From Desulfovibrio sp. UIB00 (GTDB lineage Bacteria > Desulfobacterota > Desulfovibrionia > Desulfovibrionales > Desulfovibrionaceae), in the NCBI RefSeq assembly GCF_022508225.1, contig NZ_JAETXJ010000003.1, forward strand, positions 79,556-119,555: a DNA stretch of 40,000 nucleotides, given 5' to 3'. Of the stretch, positions 36,509-40,000 are shown piece after piece; the stretch's first letter is position 1, and the number at the start of each line of letters is the position of its first letter. Below the pieces are notes generated by a model. It had not been told where the DNA came from, searched no databases, and worked only from the letters and a program-made list of their open reading frames with translations. The position numbers and the translations under genes are program-made.

Positions 36509-37414
36509 TTATTTGCAGCAGGCGCGCCAATCCTTGGCCGAAAGTTCGGCAAGGCATTCCACCAGAGCCTGAGTGCCCTTGCTGCCCTGGCCCTTGGCCT
36601 GCATGATGCGGTAAAGCTGGTCAGCCAGGGTGATGCCGGGCAGCACAAGCTTCATGCGGCGGCATTCGTCAAGGCAGAGGCCCAGATCCTTGATGAAGTG
36701 GTCGATGAAGAAGCCGGGGGCAAAGTCGCCCTTGAGCATGCGGCGGCCAAGGGTGTTCATGGCAAAGCTGCCGCCGGAACCCGCAACAACAAGCTCCATC
36801 CACTTGGCAACATCAAGGCCTGCTTCCTGCGCAAAGAGGAAGGATTCGCAGGTGCTGATCATCACGCCAGCAATGGCGGCCTGATTGGCAAGCTTGCCCT
36901 TCTGACCAAAGCCCGCGCCGCCGCAGTGCAGAATGTTGGTGCCCATCTTGTTGAAGCAGGGCAGTACACGCTCGTAAGCCGCGTTGTCGCCGCCCACAAA
37001 GATGGAGAGCTTGGCATCGCGCGCGCCCACGTCGCCGCCGGTAACAGGGGCGTCCAGCGATTCGCAGCCCTGCTTTTTGGCAGCAGCGGCAATGCGTTCA
37101 GCCAGCACGGGGCTGGAGGTGCTCATGTCGCACACAATGCCGCCAGCGGCCAGGCCGCGCAGCACGCCGTTTTCGCCCAGCGTCACTTCTTCCACATCGT
37201 GGGGATAGCCCACAATGGTAAAGACCACGTCAGAGGCTTCGGCCACGGCGCGGGGGGTGTCGGCCCACTTGGCGCCCTTGGCGAGCAGGGGTTCGGCCTT
37301 GGCCTTGGTGCGGTTATATACGGTCAGCGGCCAGCCGGCTGCCTGAAGGTGCCCAGCCATCGAAAGGCCCATAACACCCGTGCCAATCCAGCCAATACGC
37401 ATTTTGTCAGCCAT
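36509..37414 (-). CDS. NAD(P)-dependent beta-hydroxyacid dehydrogenase family (3-hydroxyisobutyrate / tartronate semialdehyde reductase-like)
   Basis: Rossmann motif IGWIGTGVMG, with length and C-terminal helical domain typical of the family. Confidence 0.85.
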   Translation of the reverse strand: MADKMRIGWIGTGVMGLSMAGHLQAAGWPLTVYNRTKAKAEPLLAKGAKWADTPRAVAEASDVVFTIVGYPHDVEEVTLGENGVLRGLAAGGIVCDMSTSSPVLAERIAAAAKKQGCESLDAPVTGGDVGARDAKLSIFVGGDNAAYERVLPCFNKMGTNILHCGGAGFGQKGKLANQAAIAGVMISTCESFLFAQEAGLDVAKWMELVVAGSGGSFAMNTLGRRMLKGDFAPGFFIDHFIKDLGLCLDECRRMKLVLPGITLADQLYRIMQAKGQGSKGTQALVECLAELSAKDWRACCK

Positions 37415-37431
37415 TGATTCTCTCCTTTTGT

Positions 37432-39168
37432 CTACTGAAAACGGCGTTCAAGGATTGCTTTCTGCATGGCCTCGCGCGAAACGGTTTTGTTTTTGCGCAC
37501 CGCGTCCACGTGGAGCCGATACAGTTCAAGGTTTCGATGCATGTTCTCATTGAAGGGGTCATTGCCGCTGAAATCCTTTGCAAGGGATGCATCTGCGGCA
37601 GCAAGAACTTCGGGAGCAAGCAACGCGCTTTCTTCTACCTTGCTGCGGTAAAAGGTGAGGGACTTTTCAATGCTCGTATCAAGCATCACAAGGCCCCGGT
37701 TGGCAGTATCCAATATCTGCTTGAGCTTTTCAAGGGCCGCACCCTTGGCGGAAGCCTTTTCACGCTCCATACTTTCAATTTGCGTTTTCAAACTGTTACG
37801 TCTGCTGGAGTAATTTCTTAGGGTTTCGATCATATATACGCCGGTACGCAGCAGCGATTGCGCTTCAAGCTGCTTCTGGCGTTCCAGCATGATATTGTTT
37901 TCCTTGATGGTATTGCGCAGATCCTGAAGATTCTTGCGGGAGGCCTCATCCGGCGCGGCAGCCAGCAGGCGGTCGAGTTCATCAAGGGGATTACGGGCGG
38001 TCTGACCGTCCTGCGCCAGCGGGGCCAGTTTCTCGCCAGCCTTGTTCCATTCGGCGGTCAGTTCCTGCGGGCGCCCACCGCCGGGGGTGTTGATACCCGA
38101 TATTACGGGGCGAAAGCCCAGATCGCGGGCGTGCGCTGGGCCGTCTGTGAGAAAGAAGGGCATTTCTTCCCTGCGGCCCGGCAGAATCTCCGCATCGCCG
38201 GAGAGGAAGGAGCCGCCCTTGCGCACAAAGCCGCCAGCAGAGCCGTGCAAACGGCCAGCCATTGAAAAGCGAAAGGCATCCAGCACCATTTCCGCCGCAT
38301 TGCCGGCGGTGTCATAAATACCAAGAGGATTGGGCTTGCGCGAGCCTATGTTTGCCATGCCCTCGGCCCGTGCGCCCTGTTCCGGCCTGTAAACGGCGTA
38401 GTCGGCCTTGCTCTCGCCGGTGGGCAGGGCGAAAAAATCCTCCTGCAACAGCAGCTGGCTGCCAGCAGTCTGCCCGCCGCGCGCGGCGTATTCCCATTCC
38501 GTTTCTGTGGGCAGGCGCACAAAGCCAACGTTGCGCTGGTCGCCTGCAAAGCGCGGCAGCGAATCTGGCGCGTTCTGCAAAAGCCATGTGGTGTAACGGC
38601 GGGTAAAGTCCACGGCATCGTACCAGCTCATGTCCGTAGCGGGATGGGCAGCCTCCGCGCCGGGATTTGCCGTATCCGGACAGGCATTGTCCATCACGGC
38701 ATGCCATTGCAGGTTGCTCACTTCGTATTTTGCCACAAGATAAAAGTAGTTCTGCCCCTGCGGAGCCTGTTTGCGCCAGGCGGTGGGCAGGTCTTCAAGC
38801 GTAAAAGCGCCGGAAAGCGCGGTGTTGTAGCGCCGGTCGTAAAAGGCCCTGTCCTGATGGGCGCTGTCGTCCACACCGGGGCGCATGGGCATATCCCACA
38901 GCAGGCCCTTGGCGGGCACGGCCACCAGCTTGAAAACCATGCTCAGACCGCAGGGCATGGGCAGGATGATGTCGTTATCCGCCGGTTTAGGATTATAGGC
39001 GTCAGCCGTGCTCACATCGGCCTTGCGGGCCAGAGCCGCCAGAGCGGATTGCGAGGCGCAGGGGGCAAAAAGCAGGGCGCAGCACACAGCGGCGGCAAAG
39101 CTCCATTGCAAGGGCGCGAGATTGCGGATGCGCAGATCAGATTTCACGGATAACCTCCGAGGGTTCAA
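37432..39168 (-). CDS. Secreted formylglycine-generating-enzyme (SUMF1/FGE) domain protein with long C-terminal coiled-coil-like tail
   Basis: Signal peptide AAVCCALLFAPCASQSALA. FGE-type blocks are KYEVSNLQW, SWYDAVDF, RLPTETEWEYAARGG, GIYDTAGNAAEM and VRKGGSF. The last ~190 aa are heptad-rich and charged. Confidence 0.8.
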   Translation of the reverse strand: MNPRRLSVKSDLRIRNLAPLQWSFAAAVCCALLFAPCASQSALAALARKADVSTADAYNPKPADNDIILPMPCGLSMVFKLVAVPAKGLLWDMPMRPGVDDSAHQDRAFYDRRYNTALSGAFTLEDLPTAWRKQAPQGQNYFYLVAKYEVSNLQWHAVMDNACPDTANPGAEAAHPATDMSWYDAVDFTRRYTTWLLQNAPDSLPRFAGDQRNVGFVRLPTETEWEYAARGGQTAGSQLLLQEDFFALPTGESKADYAVYRPEQGARAEGMANIGSRKPNPLGIYDTAGNAAEMVLDAFRFSMAGRLHGSAGGFVRKGGSFLSGDAEILPGRREEMPFFLTDGPAHARDLGFRPVISGINTPGGGRPQELTAEWNKAGEKLAPLAQDGQTARNPLDELDRLLAAAPDEASRKNLQDLRNTIKENNIMLERQKQLEAQSLLRTGVYMIETLRNYSSRRNSLKTQIESMEREKASAKGAALEKLKQILDTANRGLVMLDTSIEKSLTFYRSKVEESALLAPEVLAAADASLAKDFSGNDPFNENMHRNLELYRLHVDAVRKNKTVSREAMQKAILERRFQ

Positions 39169-40000
39169 CGCGGGCAGCTCTCAAGGCTGGGGCAAGGGCG
39201 GCCAGCAGGGCAAGCCCGGAAACTGCGGCAAAGGCCAGCGCAAAATGCTCCGGCAGCAGGAGACATACCTGCTCCATGCCGGTAACGCTGGCGCTGAAAA
39301 GCTTGTTGATGGCAAAGGCCGCCACCCCGTACACCCCGGAGGCCAGAGCCGTACCCGCAAGGGCTGTAAGCAGGGACTGCGCCAGAGGAAAGACCATCAG
39401 CTTGCCAGTGGTAAAGCCATGAAGCCGCAGCAGGCCGAGGATGCGCTCCTTGCGCTTGATTCCAGCCAGTACGCTGCTGGCGGTGGAGGCCAGAAAGCCA
39501 ATGGCCGTTGCCGCGCAGATGAGGGCAAATATCAGATTGAGGGCGCGGGCAAGTGCCGTAACCTGCTCGATTTCTTCCGCATGGGTGTACACATCAAGCT
39601 TTTGGGCGGCAAAGGCTTCCCGCAGTTGCATCACATGGTCAAGGCTGCGGGCGTACAGGCGGAATCCGGGGTAAACGCGCTCGCCCTGCGGGCGGGGTTC
39701 GCCTGTCCAGCCGTTCTGCGCGCCCAGTTCGGGCACAGCGCGGCCATCACGGTAGTCTTCCGTAGCTTCCATAAGAGGCAGCGGCACGTAGGCCACATCC
39801 TTCTGCTGAGCCGCCAGAGGCAGCACTGCCGCCACGCGCAGGGCCACGCGGGCAGTCTGCACCTTGCCCTGAAAGCGCCGTTCAACCTTTCCATTAAGGG
39901 TGTCGCCCTGCTTGAGGTGCAGCTTTTCCGCCGCTGAGGAAGACAGGGTTACGCCAACGGCTTCTGTATCTGGCATTTGCGGCATGGTCGGCACCCCAGC
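39137..40000 (-). CDS. ABC transporter permease, FtsX/MacB-like (partial, runs off the window)
   Basis: C-terminal FtsX-type TM bundle (ALICAATAIGFLAS..., LMVFPLAQSLLTALAGTALASGVYG..., LLPEHFALAFAAVSGLALLAAL). The reading frame is open to the window edge, and its 3' end overlaps the FGE gene start by 32 nt. Confidence 0.7.
   Translation of the reverse strand, partial: AGVPTMPQMPDTEAVGVTLSSSAAEKLHLKQGDTLNGKVERRFQGKVQTARVALRVAAVLPLAAQQKDVAYVPLPLMEATEDYRDGRAVPELGAQNGWTGEPRPQGERVYPGFRLYARSLDHVMQLREAFAAQKLDVYTHAEEIEQVTALARALNLIFALICAATAIGFLASTASSVLAGIKRKERILGLLRLHGFTTGKLMVFPLAQSLLTALAGTALASGVYGVAAFAINKLFSASVTGMEQVCLLLPEHFALAFAAVSGLALLAALAPALRAARVEPSEVIREI

Noticed and set aside
1-40000. Search for CRISPR arrays, rRNA, IS elements or transposases, and retron or reverse-transcriptase genes.
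   Set aside because: I saw no regularly spaced direct repeats, no rRNA-like sequence, no transposase-like ORFs with terminal inverted repeats, and no RT motif (YxDD) ORF. The only tandem repeat is the 3 x 11-bp array at 31865-31897.

Overview
The window looks like a GC-rich Desulfovibrio-type (sulfate-reducer-like) chromosome; the taxon is inferred only from composition and gene content. Most of it is ordinary core and signalling genes. These are a di-Mop molybdate-binding protein, brnQ, a GGDEF-hemerythrin cyclase, an sxtI/J/K-like carbamoyltransferase operon with an SGNH hydrolase, prfC, an HD-GYP protein, glpFK, three methyl-accepting chemotaxis proteins, a Cache-GGDEF cyclase, DUF488, a GH13 branching enzyme, a beta-hydroxyacid dehydrogenase-type reductase, a secreted FGE-domain protein and a partial FtsX permease. 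The accessory part lies at about 24.2-34.4 kb. Two identical tRNA-Pro(GGG) genes sit there in inverted orientation. Each is followed by the same terminator hairpin and a convergent paralogous single-TM ORF. The left tRNA carries a very AT-rich island of about 7.7 kb (24281-32011), bounded by a perfect 47-bp direct repeat of the tRNA 3' part. The island encodes a tyrosine integrase, a second short recombinase, an AbrB-like regulator, a RepA/AAA-type ATPase, a small acidic protein, and a two-gene module that I read as lambda RexA/RexB-like (candidate abortive infection). It also has unexplained non-coding structure: a G-depleted C-rich tract, tandem 11-bp repeats next to attR, and a hairpin-bracketed AT-rich unit. 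I found no CRISPR array, rRNA or IS element. All homology calls come from reading the translations against remembered family features and need HMM or BLAST confirmation.
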